64,000 nt of DNA, taken from positions 1,949-65,948 of the forward strand of contig JAKLIG010000002.1 in NCBI GenBank assembly GCA_022709735.1, written 5' to 3'. Origin of the DNA: Patescibacteria group bacterium. GTDB lineage: Bacteria > Patescibacteriota > Minisyncoccia > Moranbacterales > UBA2206. A program made the position numbers and the translations under genes. This document shows positions 56,682 to 64,000 of the stretch, piece after piece (position 1 is the first letter of the stretch; the number at the start of each line of letters is the position of its first letter). Below the pieces are notes generated by a model. That model was given only the letters and a program-made list of their open reading frames with translations, was not told where the DNA came from and ran no database searches.

Positions 56682-57116
56682 TTATTTCTTCTCTTCCTTT
56701 TCAATTTCTTCTTTTTTCTCTTCTTTAGCTTCTTCTGGCACTGCTACTTCTTCTTTGATAAAATCCTTGATTTCTTTATATTTCATTCGACTTTTCTTGG
56801 CCGTCAAATCTCTGATGTAATAAAGTTTTGCCCTTCTAACTTTGGCCTTCTTGATTAGTTCTATTTTTTGCACATTTTTGGAAAGAATAGGCAAAATCAT
56901 TTCCACTCCAACTCCGTGGGAAATTTTTCTAACAGTAATTGTTGGCGAAGAGCTTTGTCTTCCTTTAACGCCGATTACAATTCCTTCGAAAAGCTGGACT
57001 CTTTCCTTTCCGCTTTCTTTGATCTTAAGATGAATTTTCACCACATCACCCGCTTGAAAATCAAGCTTTCTGCTTCCTCTTGAATTCTTATTAAATTCAA
57101 TCATTTTTTTATCCAT
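56682..57116 (-). CDS. rplS: 50S ribosomal protein L19 with Lys/Glu-rich C-terminal extension
   Basis: FQAGDVVKIHLKIKESGKERVQLFEGIVI...RKISHGVGVE L19 signature. Confidence 0.85.
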   Translation of the reverse strand: MDKKMIEFNKNSRGSRKLDFQAGDVVKIHLKIKESGKERVQLFEGIVIGVKGRQSSSPTITVRKISHGVGVEMILPILSKNVQKIELIKKAKVRRAKLYYIRDLTAKKSRMKYKEIKDFIKEEVAVPEEAKEEKKEEIEKEEKK

Positions 57117-57186
57117 AGCTTTATTATAACAAATTATTAGATTAAATAAAAAATTGCCAAAATTTAGAATTTTTAGCCTTTTTATA

Positions 57187-58152
57187 CTAGCTTTTTATTC
57201 CTTTCTCGTCAAGGAACTTCTGGAAATCGCTAGGCAACTCCGATTCAAATTTGAAATCATTACCATTTAGGCTAAATTCAATTTTTTTGGCATGGAGCAA
57301 GTGCCTTGAAATATTTTTTTCCGACTTAGTATTTTTGAGCTTATATTTTTCATCCCCCAAAATTGGATTCCCGATTGAAGACAGATGCACTCTAATCTGA
57401 TGCATCCGACCAGTTTTCGGTTTTGCCTCTACTAAAGAATACTCTGCAAATTCTTTGAGCACTTTGTATTCGGTAGTCGCTGGGCGTATTTTTGTTTTAG
57501 TTTTCCCGCTAGCGATAACTTGTTTTTTATAATCAGCCGAGCGCGCAATTGATTTATCAATTATTCCTTTTTTATTTTTTAATTTTCCGCAAACTATCGC
57601 CCAATATGTTTTTTGAATTTGGCGATTCTTAAATTTATTTTTGAGTTCTTCAAAAGTTTTTTGATTTCTGGCCACAATCATAATCCCACTCGTATCTTTG
57701 TCTAACCGATGAACAATTCCCGGCCGCAGATTTACTTGCCCTGAGCTTGTCGAAGGATCGCCAACATTTTTGATTTCTGGAAATTTATATAGCAATCCAT
57801 TAACCAAAGTATCTTGTTCGCTTTTATCGCTCGGATGCACCAAAAGTCCGGCTGGTTTATTTATGACAATAATATTTTTGTCTTCAAGAATAATTTCAAA
57901 TTCAACATTTTTATTCGGTGCTAATTGTTTTTGTTTCAAATTCCATAATTCATAATTCCTAATTCCTAATTCATCACTATTTTTCAAAATATAACTTGGT
58001 TTTACAATTTTATTATTTACCAAAACATTTCCCATTTTTATATTTCTAATAATTTCTCCCCTCGTAATTTCGGAATTTAAAAAAACTTCCTTTTTGAGGA
58101 ATTTATCAATTCGTCCGCCAGAGTTATTTTTTACGACAATTACTTTTTTCAT
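57187..58152 (-). CDS. RluA-family pseudouridine synthase (RluD-like, S4 domain plus catalytic HRLDKDTSG)
   Basis: S4-like N-terminus, catalytic Asp motif HRLDKDTSGIMIVAR. Confidence 0.85.
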   Translation of the reverse strand: MKKVIVVKNNSGGRIDKFLKKEVFLNSEITRGEIIRNIKMGNVLVNNKIVKPSYILKNSDELGIRNYELWNLKQKQLAPNKNVEFEIILEDKNIIVINKPAGLLVHPSDKSEQDTLVNGLLYKFPEIKNVGDPSTSSGQVNLRPGIVHRLDKDTSGIMIVARNQKTFEELKNKFKNRQIQKTYWAIVCGKLKNKKGIIDKSIARSADYKKQVIASGKTKTKIRPATTEYKVLKEFAEYSLVEAKPKTGRMHQIRVHLSSIGNPILGDEKYKLKNTKSEKNISRHLLHAKKIEFSLNGNDFKFESELPSDFQKFLDEKGIKS

Positions 58153-58156
58153 TTTG

Positions 58157-58240
58157 TGCCCAGAAGAGGACTCGAACCTCCAATCCCTTGCGGGAACCAG
58201 TTCCTAAGACTGGCGCGTATACCAATTCCGCCATCTGGGC
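58157..58240 (-). tRNA. tRNA-Leu(TAG)
   Basis: GCCCAGA...anticodon loop CTTAGGA...variable arm TTCCCGCAAGGGAT...GGAGGTTCGAGTCCTCT TCTGGGC. Confidence 0.85.
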
Positions 58241-58256
58241 ATAATTTATTTTAATG

Positions 58257-58340
58257 TGGGCGAAAGAGGACTTGAACCTCCAAGGGATTGCTCCCGCTAA
58301 CACCTGAAGCTAGTGCGTTTGCCAATTTCGCCATTCGCCC
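58257..58340 (-). tRNA. tRNA-Leu(CAG)
   Basis: GGGCGAA...anticodon loop TTCAGGT...variable arm CGGGAGCAATCCCT...GGAGGTTCAAGTCCTCT TTCGCCC. Confidence 0.85.
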
Positions 58341-58344
58341 TCTC

Positions 58345-58638
58345 TTAATTTAAAATCGCTTTTAGTCTTCGCACTTCCTCTGCCAACGCTCCTTCATTTT
58401 CATATTCGCCGTGATGACGAGTATCATCGCCATAGGTTTCTTTTTTTGCGTCCAAATGAATATTAATCGCCATATCAACGCCGTTTACTTTCACATACAT
58501 ATGAAATCTTGGATATCCGGAAGCACTAAATGGACGAACGAAACTCATTTCCCCACCTTCTTGTCTTTGAAAAGTATATCCAGCTCGGCGAAGCATGTTT
58601 ACCGGACTACTTGAAATATTTTTAACTTCTATTTGCAT
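58345..58638 (-). CDS. hypothetical protein
   Basis: 97-aa ORF overlapping the folD 3' end by 17 nt; no motif. Confidence 0.25.
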   Translation of the reverse strand: MQIEVKNISSSPVNMLRRAGYTFQRQEGGEMSFVRPFSASGYPRFHMYVKVNGVDMAINIHLDAKKETYGDDTRHHGEYENEGALAEEVRRLKAILN

Positions 58639-59473
58639 AAATTTTAACCGCTTTAATAGTATTCTTCAAAAGCATTGCGATTGTCATTGGCCCCACTCCT
58701 CCTGGCACAGGTGTAATTGCACTAGAAATTTTGGAAACTTTGGCAAAATCAACATCTCCTAATAACTTTCCTTCCTCATTTCGATTCATTCCCACATCAA
58801 TAACAACTGCTCCTTGTTTTACCATATCTGCTGTTATTAGTCCAGTTTTCCCAACAGCAGAAATCAGAATATCCGCTTTCAAACATTCATCTTTCAAATT
58901 TTTAGTTTTAGAATTGCAACTTGTTACTGTTGCACTTTCATTTATCATCATAAGCGCCAGTGGTTTTCCCACAATATTGCTCCTCCCGACAATTACCACA
59001 TTTTTTCCAACTATTTCTATTTCATATTTTTTCAAGATTTCCATTATCCCTGCTGGCGTGCAAGGCAAAAATCTCAAGTTATCCAAAAATACTCTCCCGA
59101 TATTTTCCGGATGGAAACAATCGACATCTTTTTTCGGATCAATCGCCAAAATAATTTTGTCTTCATTGATATGACTTGGAAGTGGAAGTTGAACCAAAAT
59201 TCCATGAATTTTTTCATCCGCATTTAATTTATCAATCAGCATTAAAAGTTCCTCTTCGGATATTTTTTCTTCTAACCCATGAACCTCCGAATATATTCCA
59301 ATTTCCTTGCAAGCTTTTTCCTTGTTCCCGACATAAATTTCGGAAGCGCTATCATTTCCAACAATTATTACTGAAAGCCCCGGAACAATTCCTTTGTTTT
59401 TCAATTCCAAAATTTCAGATTTTAATTCTGTTTTCAAATCCTGCGCCAATTTTTTCCCATCTAAAATTATCAT
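58622..59473 (-). CDS. folD: bifunctional methylenetetrahydrofolate dehydrogenase/methenyl-THF cyclohydrolase
   Basis: MIILDGKKLA..., GNDSASEIYVGNK, PCTPAGIMEIL, VVIVGRSNIVGKPLA. Confidence 0.9.
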   Translation of the reverse strand: MIILDGKKLAQDLKTELKSEILELKNKGIVPGLSVIIVGNDSASEIYVGNKEKACKEIGIYSEVHGLEEKISEEELLMLIDKLNADEKIHGILVQLPLPSHINEDKIILAIDPKKDVDCFHPENIGRVFLDNLRFLPCTPAGIMEILKKYEIEIVGKNVVIVGRSNIVGKPLALMMINESATVTSCNSKTKNLKDECLKADILISAVGKTGLITADMVKQGAVVIDVGMNRNEEGKLLGDVDFAKVSKISSAITPVPGGVGPMTIAMLLKNTIKAVKIYANRS

Positions 59474-60129
59474 ATAATTTCGTCTTTTACTTTTTTGAGT
59501 ATTCCCACTACTCTATCATCTTTTCTAAGTTCGTCAACTATTTGGATTAGCTCGTTTGGATCTATAGACATTTTTTGCTTGCTTTGAAATATTTTTATAG
59601 ACTTATTATCTGGTTTTTTTTCAATATATTTGGAAACCATCGCATACCAAAGACCAAATGTTTCCGAACTAACATCAATATCAGAATCAAAATATGGGGT
59701 ATTGTTAAAATAATGTAGTATCTTTTCCCAATTATTATAATCCTCATAAATTAATTCGTCTTCCAGCATCTTGGCCGGCTGGCCAAACATTTCGGTTGTT
59801 CTTGGAAGTACATAGAATTCATATTTATTCAAAATTTCTTCCCGCTTCATATCGCAATAGAGATGAAATTTCCAGCCGGCTTCAAACGAAGTAAGTCCGG
59901 AAAAATCTAAATCCAAAGGTTCAAATCTTAAGTGTGTGTCTTTTCTTTTTATGCTTTTATCAATTTTTCTGATATCCGGAAAAACACAACCCAAAATAAA
60001 TTCATCTTTGTTAATTTTATTGCTGGGTGCCAAAAGTTTTTCTTCCGGACTTAAGTCTTCAAATTTTTTCAATTCTAAACTATCAAAATATTTCTTGGCA
60101 TAAATTATGTGGGCAATTTGCGAAGCCAT
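59470..60129 (-). CDS. hypothetical protein
   Basis: 219-aa ORF; no confident motif. Confidence 0.3.
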   Translation of the reverse strand: MASQIAHIIYAKKYFDSLELKKFEDLSPEEKLLAPSNKINKDEFILGCVFPDIRKIDKSIKRKDTHLRFEPLDLDFSGLTSFEAGWKFHLYCDMKREEILNKYEFYVLPRTTEMFGQPAKMLEDELIYEDYNNWEKILHYFNNTPYFDSDIDVSSETFGLWYAMVSKYIEKKPDNKSIKIFQSKQKMSIDPNELIQIVDELRKDDRVVGILKKVKDEII

Positions 60130-60157
60130 AGTTTAATTTTAAACTAAAAACAAAAAT

Positions 60158-60904
60158 TTAACTAATCGCTTTTTCATCTCCAATCGTGTCCCAAATAATT
60201 TCAAACATAGCTTTAAAAATTCCTACCATTTCTGGAATAGAAATTATTACTGCCATGGAACTAAGATTTGGACTTACAACGGATATTTTGTCATCAAATA
60301 TATCCATTGTGCAGTTAAATTCATATTTTTCCGGCAAATATTTAAATTCGCGCAAATATTTTTTATTATCGGTCGGATTCAAGCGCCTCGAGGAATGCGT
60401 GAGAAGTGCTTTGGTTTTTATTTTTGCTTTAGCGCGATCCAAACGGTATTGATGCAAAAACTCTGATTGACCTTCTTCCCAAGCATTCACATTCCCCACT
60501 ATGCAATAACTTTTATTTTTATAATCTTCTAAAACATTTAGATAAAATTGTTGCAACTCTTCTTTTGTTTCAACAAATTGAAGTCCAAAGATAGTTTCCT
60601 TCTTCTTTTCCGCCGATTCAAGAAAAGGAATGATACTTTCGAAACCTTTTATTTTATTTTCAAAAACTGAAAGCAATTTTTGCGGTTTTTGCGCATAATA
60701 AAACTTTTTATTTTTTCTAAAATAAACCAGAATGCAATTTTTATGCGCTAATGTTTTTAGAATTGGATAAACGGCCGTTCTTTGCATACCGGCTTCCTTG
60801 GCAATTTTGCTGGCAATTGACCCGCCAATTTTCAAAAGTGCCAGATATATACTTGCTTCTTGTTCAGATAATCCCAATTCTATTAAATAAGCCTTTTTGT
60901 CCAT
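60158..60904 (-). CDS. TrmB-family transcriptional regulator (paralog 3 of 3)
   Basis: wHTH LIELGLSEQEASIYLALLKIGGSIASKIAKEAGMQRTAVYPIL. Confidence 0.55.
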   Translation of the reverse strand: MDKKAYLIELGLSEQEASIYLALLKIGGSIASKIAKEAGMQRTAVYPILKTLAHKNCILVYFRKNKKFYYAQKPQKLLSVFENKIKGFESIIPFLESAEKKKETIFGLQFVETKEELQQFYLNVLEDYKNKSYCIVGNVNAWEEGQSEFLHQYRLDRAKAKIKTKALLTHSSRRLNPTDNKKYLREFKYLPEKYEFNCTMDIFDDKISVVSPNLSSMAVIISIPEMVGIFKAMFEIIWDTIGDEKAIS

Positions 60905-61124
60905 AAATATATGTAAATTTTTTACTACATTTTTCTTTTATGCTACTAATATAGCTTATATAAAGTATTTTGTCAATGTTCATAGTAAATAATTATTTAC
61001 ATTTTATACAGAAGTGCTAATATTATCTATTCTTTAACAATCAAACATAAACTAAAACCTTAAATTTCAAAGTTAATTAAAAGTAAAAAATTAATTAAAC
61101 AGCAAAAAACAGAGGAGGCAAATT

Positions 61125-61610
61125 ATGTACAGGTCAGGTATTGAAAAACCAAAGATAGTATTAATTGATGCTGGAGTACTTCTTTCTAGTAAATCGACGA
61201 GGGAAGCAATTGAAGCTTGTAAAAATAGTCGCGTGGACGAAAGAATTACTAAATGCAACTTTAAATTACCCCTGCCTATTAGCAAGCGCAAGAAAAGAAA
61301 AGTTGTTTTGATGAAATTTAGCGGGTTTGTTTTTGGATGTCCAATTGAAGAAATTATCCGAAAAGCAGAAAAAAAAGGTCTTATAGCGCCAACTCCCATA
61401 GATGCTATTGATTTTGGAGAACAACTCTGCAAAATCGAATATGGCATTGTTATATTTCTACATAGACCCATCATTGACGATTCAAAGCCTCCTTATTACA
61501 CAAAAAGTGTAATATATGTGTATAACCAAGAGTTAAGTTTAACAGAATTAACACCAAATTGGTGCAACTATGGCGGTAGCGACTGTTTCGGGTTTATCCA
61601 AGAAATATAA
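61125..61610 (+). CDS. hypothetical protein
   Basis: 161-aa ORF preceded by an AGGAGG Shine-Dalgarno site and followed by a strong terminator. Confidence 0.35.
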   Translation: MYRSGIEKPKIVLIDAGVLLSSKSTREAIEACKNSRVDERITKCNFKLPLPISKRKKRKVVLMKFSGFVFGCPIEEIIRKAEKKGLIAPTPIDAIDFGEQLCKIEYGIVIFLHRPIIDDSKPPYYTKSVIYVYNQELSLTELTPNWCNYGGSDCFGFIQEI

Positions 61611-61612
61611 TA

Positions 61613-61653
61613 AAAAAACAGGCAGACCGCATAACCGCGCTCTGCCTTTTTTA
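61613..61653 (+). terminator. intrinsic terminator
   Basis: AGGCAGA-CCGCATAACCGCGC-TCTGCCT followed by TTTTTT. Confidence 0.7.
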
Positions 61654-61713
61654 ATTTTGTTTTGTTCTAGAATTTATTTTTGTTTTATGTTCCATGTTCC
61701 ATGCTTCATGGCC

Positions 61714-63285
61714 TCATTCTACCCAATATTTCTTCTTCATCAGTTTCTCTTCCTCTTCCTTTTCTTCTTCAATTTTTTTCTTCGCCATTACGCGAAGGTC
61801 GTTTAGGTCTTTTTTATTCAAGTCCTTGGAAAGTTTCAGAAGTTTTTCTTTGTCGTTTAATTTTGGATCATCGATTACTTTGGCAAGTAGCACATCTAAA
61901 ATCGCGCCGATTTTTGGTCCGGGCTGGATTTTCAAATCTGAAATTAGATCATTGCCATTGATTTTGAGTTGTCTCACAGAAATAGGATCTTTGGAAACTT
62001 TTTCCACCATAAATTTGAAATGGCGGAGTTTATACGGCACGGCTTTTGGTACGCCTGATCCAAGTCGATCAGCAATTCGAACATCAATTAGATCATTGAT
62101 ATTTTCTAAACCGACTTTTCGAATAACTCTCCGCACTCCGGTTTCACCCACTTCATCCACGTTATAATAAAACATGTGATTTTTAACGAGGAGCACAGTT
62201 TTTTCAATAACTTTCCGCGGATATTTCATTCGCTCCAAGATTTTCTCAACTATTCGAGCGCCGAAATATTCATGAGAATAAAAAGTCGCCATTTCACCTG
62301 TTCCTCTTTTTGATTTCGGTTTTCCAATGTCATGAAAAAATGAAGCCAGTCGCACTTCCAATTTTTCTGACGGACATTTTTCAAGACTCGCCAGCATATG
62401 CGCATAAACAGTATTATACGGCCCATAATAATGATGGCGATTTTGTTTGACTCCGATTGTTTCCAAAACTTCCGGAATAAATTGATCCATTAATTTACTT
62501 TCGGTTAATAATTCAATTCCTTGGCTTGGATTTCTGGAAAGAATAATTTTATTAAACTCATCTCGAATTCGTTCCTCCGAAATATATTTCAAATTTTTCG
62601 CATTCTTTCTTATCGCCTCAAAAGTTTTCTCTTCAATCTCCCAAAATTCTTTATTCTTACTTCCTTCTTCTTGCTTCTTATCGCTGAGCTGACAAGCGAA
62701 GCGAACTGCCCTCATCATGCGAAGCGCATCTTCATCAAATCTTTCATTCGCATCTCCCACCGCTCGAATAATTTTATTTTCCAAATCCTTTTGCCCTTGA
62801 AACAAATCTATTATTTCAAAATTATTTTTAGATTTTTCTTTATTCTTACTTCTTTCTTCTTGCTTCTGTATTTTTATCGCCATTGCATTAATCGTAAAAT
62901 CCCTCCGGCTCAAATCTTCTTCCAGAGTTTTTGCAAACCTAACTTTATCCGGATGCCTTTTATCGGAATATTTTGATTCGATTCGATAGGTTGTTATTTC
63001 TACATTTTCTCCGTTCTGTTCTTCTTCCTTTATGCCTTCAATATATTTGAGCGAAACCATCACTGTTCCAAATTCATTCTCATATTTTCCATCCGGAAAA
63101 ACCTTTACAATTTCCTCCGGCTTAGCATTGGTCGCAATATCCCAATCCTTTGGTTCGACAGGCTCACCATGAATGGTTCCCAGCATCAAATCCCGCACAC
63201 ATCCGCCTACAATATACGCCTCAAAACCAGCCTTCTCAAGCTTTTGGATAGTACTTATTATATATTTTGGAATTTTATTGCTCAT
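61714..63285 (-). CDS. cca: CCA-adding tRNA nucleotidyltransferase (poly(A) polymerase family head plus HD domain)
   Basis: GGCVRDLMLG...DWDIAT nucleotidyltransferase motif; HD domain FFHDIGKP; Lys/Glu-rich insertion with an internal ~32-bp direct repeat. Confidence 0.8.
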   Translation of the reverse strand: MSNKIPKYIISTIQKLEKAGFEAYIVGGCVRDLMLGTIHGEPVEPKDWDIATNAKPEEIVKVFPDGKYENEFGTVMVSLKYIEGIKEEEQNGENVEITTYRIESKYSDKRHPDKVRFAKTLEEDLSRRDFTINAMAIKIQKQEERSKNKEKSKNNFEIIDLFQGQKDLENKIIRAVGDANERFDEDALRMMRAVRFACQLSDKKQEEGSKNKEFWEIEEKTFEAIRKNAKNLKYISEERIRDEFNKIILSRNPSQGIELLTESKLMDQFIPEVLETIGVKQNRHHYYGPYNTVYAHMLASLEKCPSEKLEVRLASFFHDIGKPKSKRGTGEMATFYSHEYFGARIVEKILERMKYPRKVIEKTVLLVKNHMFYYNVDEVGETGVRRVIRKVGLENINDLIDVRIADRLGSGVPKAVPYKLRHFKFMVEKVSKDPISVRQLKINGNDLISDLKIQPGPKIGAILDVLLAKVIDDPKLNDKEKLLKLSKDLNKKDLNDLRVMAKKKIEEEKEEEEKLMKKKYWVE

Positions 63286-63339
63286 ATTGTTATTAAAATA
63301 TTCTACTACATATACATCAGATCATCAAATAATTTATCA

Positions 63340-63984
63340 CTAGCTAATTTCTTCTACCTTCTCCTCTTTTCTCGCTTCAATTACTAAATCATTTTTCTTC
63401 GATAAAAGCTCCGGATATTCAATCGCCATCTGAGTAAATTTATCCATCTGGTAAATTTCATTTATTTCCACTTGCCGGATAATGTCTTTGAATATATTTT
63501 TCATTTCCCGAATTAAATCTCGGAGAGCTTCCCGCGTTTCAATTTCAATTTCCAACATCAAATCCCAATTACCCATTCCTTTTATATAATTTATTATATT
63601 AGGATGAAGACAACAAAATTTATATAATTCATCTATTCTGCTTTGATCAAACTGAACAATCTTAAAACACACCCGAGACATTGAAAGTCCAATTTTTTGG
63701 TAATCAATCGTATATGTAATTTTTGTAATGACTCCATTTTTTTCCAGCTTATTATAATGCTTGTGAACCAATCCAACTGATACACCTAACACTTTAGCAA
63801 TTTTAGTAAATTCCATTCGGCCATCCTGCAAAAGGAGCGACATTATCTTTCTATCAACTTCGGTTAGTTTTATTTTCTCTTTTGTTCCTCCTGAAAGAGC
63901 AAATTTTTGAAATTCATTTTCTTTGCCGACTAAATAAGTTCTAGGAAATTTAATAAATCCCAACCCAACAAAAATATCGGCCAT
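63340..63984 (-). CDS. Lrp/AsnC-family transcriptional regulator (extended N-terminus)
   Basis: HTH MSLLLQDGRMEFTKIAKVLGVSVGLVHKHYNKLEKNGVI plus RAM-like C-terminus; start codon ambiguous. Confidence 0.6.
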   Translation of the reverse strand: MADIFVGLGFIKFPRTYLVGKENEFQKFALSGGTKEKIKLTEVDRKIMSLLLQDGRMEFTKIAKVLGVSVGLVHKHYNKLEKNGVITKITYTIDYQKIGLSMSRVCFKIVQFDQSRIDELYKFCCLHPNIINYIKGMGNWDLMLEIEIETREALRDLIREMKNIFKDIIRQVEINEIYQMDKFTQMAIEYPELLSKKNDLVIEARKEEKVEEIS

Positions 63985-64000
63985 GGTTATATATTGACCA

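Overview
This is a low-GC, gene-dense chromosomal segment. The hallmarks suggest an ultra-small Candidate Phyla Radiation (Patescibacteria/Parcubacteria-like) bacterium using the standard genetic code (inference). Supporting signs are rpoB and rpoC reading as single 1141- and 1207-aa ORFs, Lys/Glu-rich tails on ribosomal proteins S6 and L19, few Shine-Dalgarno sites, and many signal-peptide and pilin-like small proteins.

Most of the window is core housekeeping: ychF; rpsF-ssb-rpsR; efp; rpmB; recA; rodZ; ftsK; rpoB-rpoC; hup; rny; gpmI; tig-clpP; ppaC; nusA; infB-rbfA-nrnA-nfo; rplS; rluD; folD; cca. There are 12 tRNA genes, including four tRNA-Leu isoacceptors, plus two tRNA remnants.

Three things stand out:

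1. **Palindromic elements.** Several nested families of short palindromic, apparently mobile intergenic elements are present.
   - A ~105-bp intercistronic element built from ATTCGAAT-type mini-palindromes lies immediately 3' of the stop codons of rpoB, tig, rbfA and nrnA. It is always co-oriented with the upstream gene.
   - A 20-bp perfect palindrome, CCTGCCTGCCGGCAGGCAGG, is inserted at the identical site in one copy of each subfamily of that element.
   - A ~110-bp TIR-bearing element with the same CCTGCC/GGCAGG ends abuts the 5' side of four tRNA genes.
   - An N-terminally truncated IS200/IS605-type HuH (REP-associated tyrosine transposase-like) gene is bracketed by, and contains, copies of a second 22-28-bp palindrome, GGGGCAATTCATGAATTGCCCC. 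One copy of this palindrome sits in-frame inside nfo.
2. **Pilin-like array.** A tandem array of five paralogous signal-peptide plus TM-hairpin proteins with VirB2/TrbC-pilin-like architecture; two carry Cys/Asn-rich ectodomains.
3. **Possible small mobile cassettes.** A free-standing HNH endonuclease lies between tRNA-Leu(TAA) and tRNA-Cys. A DUF4143 ATPase gene is bracketed by 31-bp perfect direct repeats. rpsF and rpsR carry duplicated 85-bp leaders.

No CRISPR array, rRNA gene or obvious prophage was seen.
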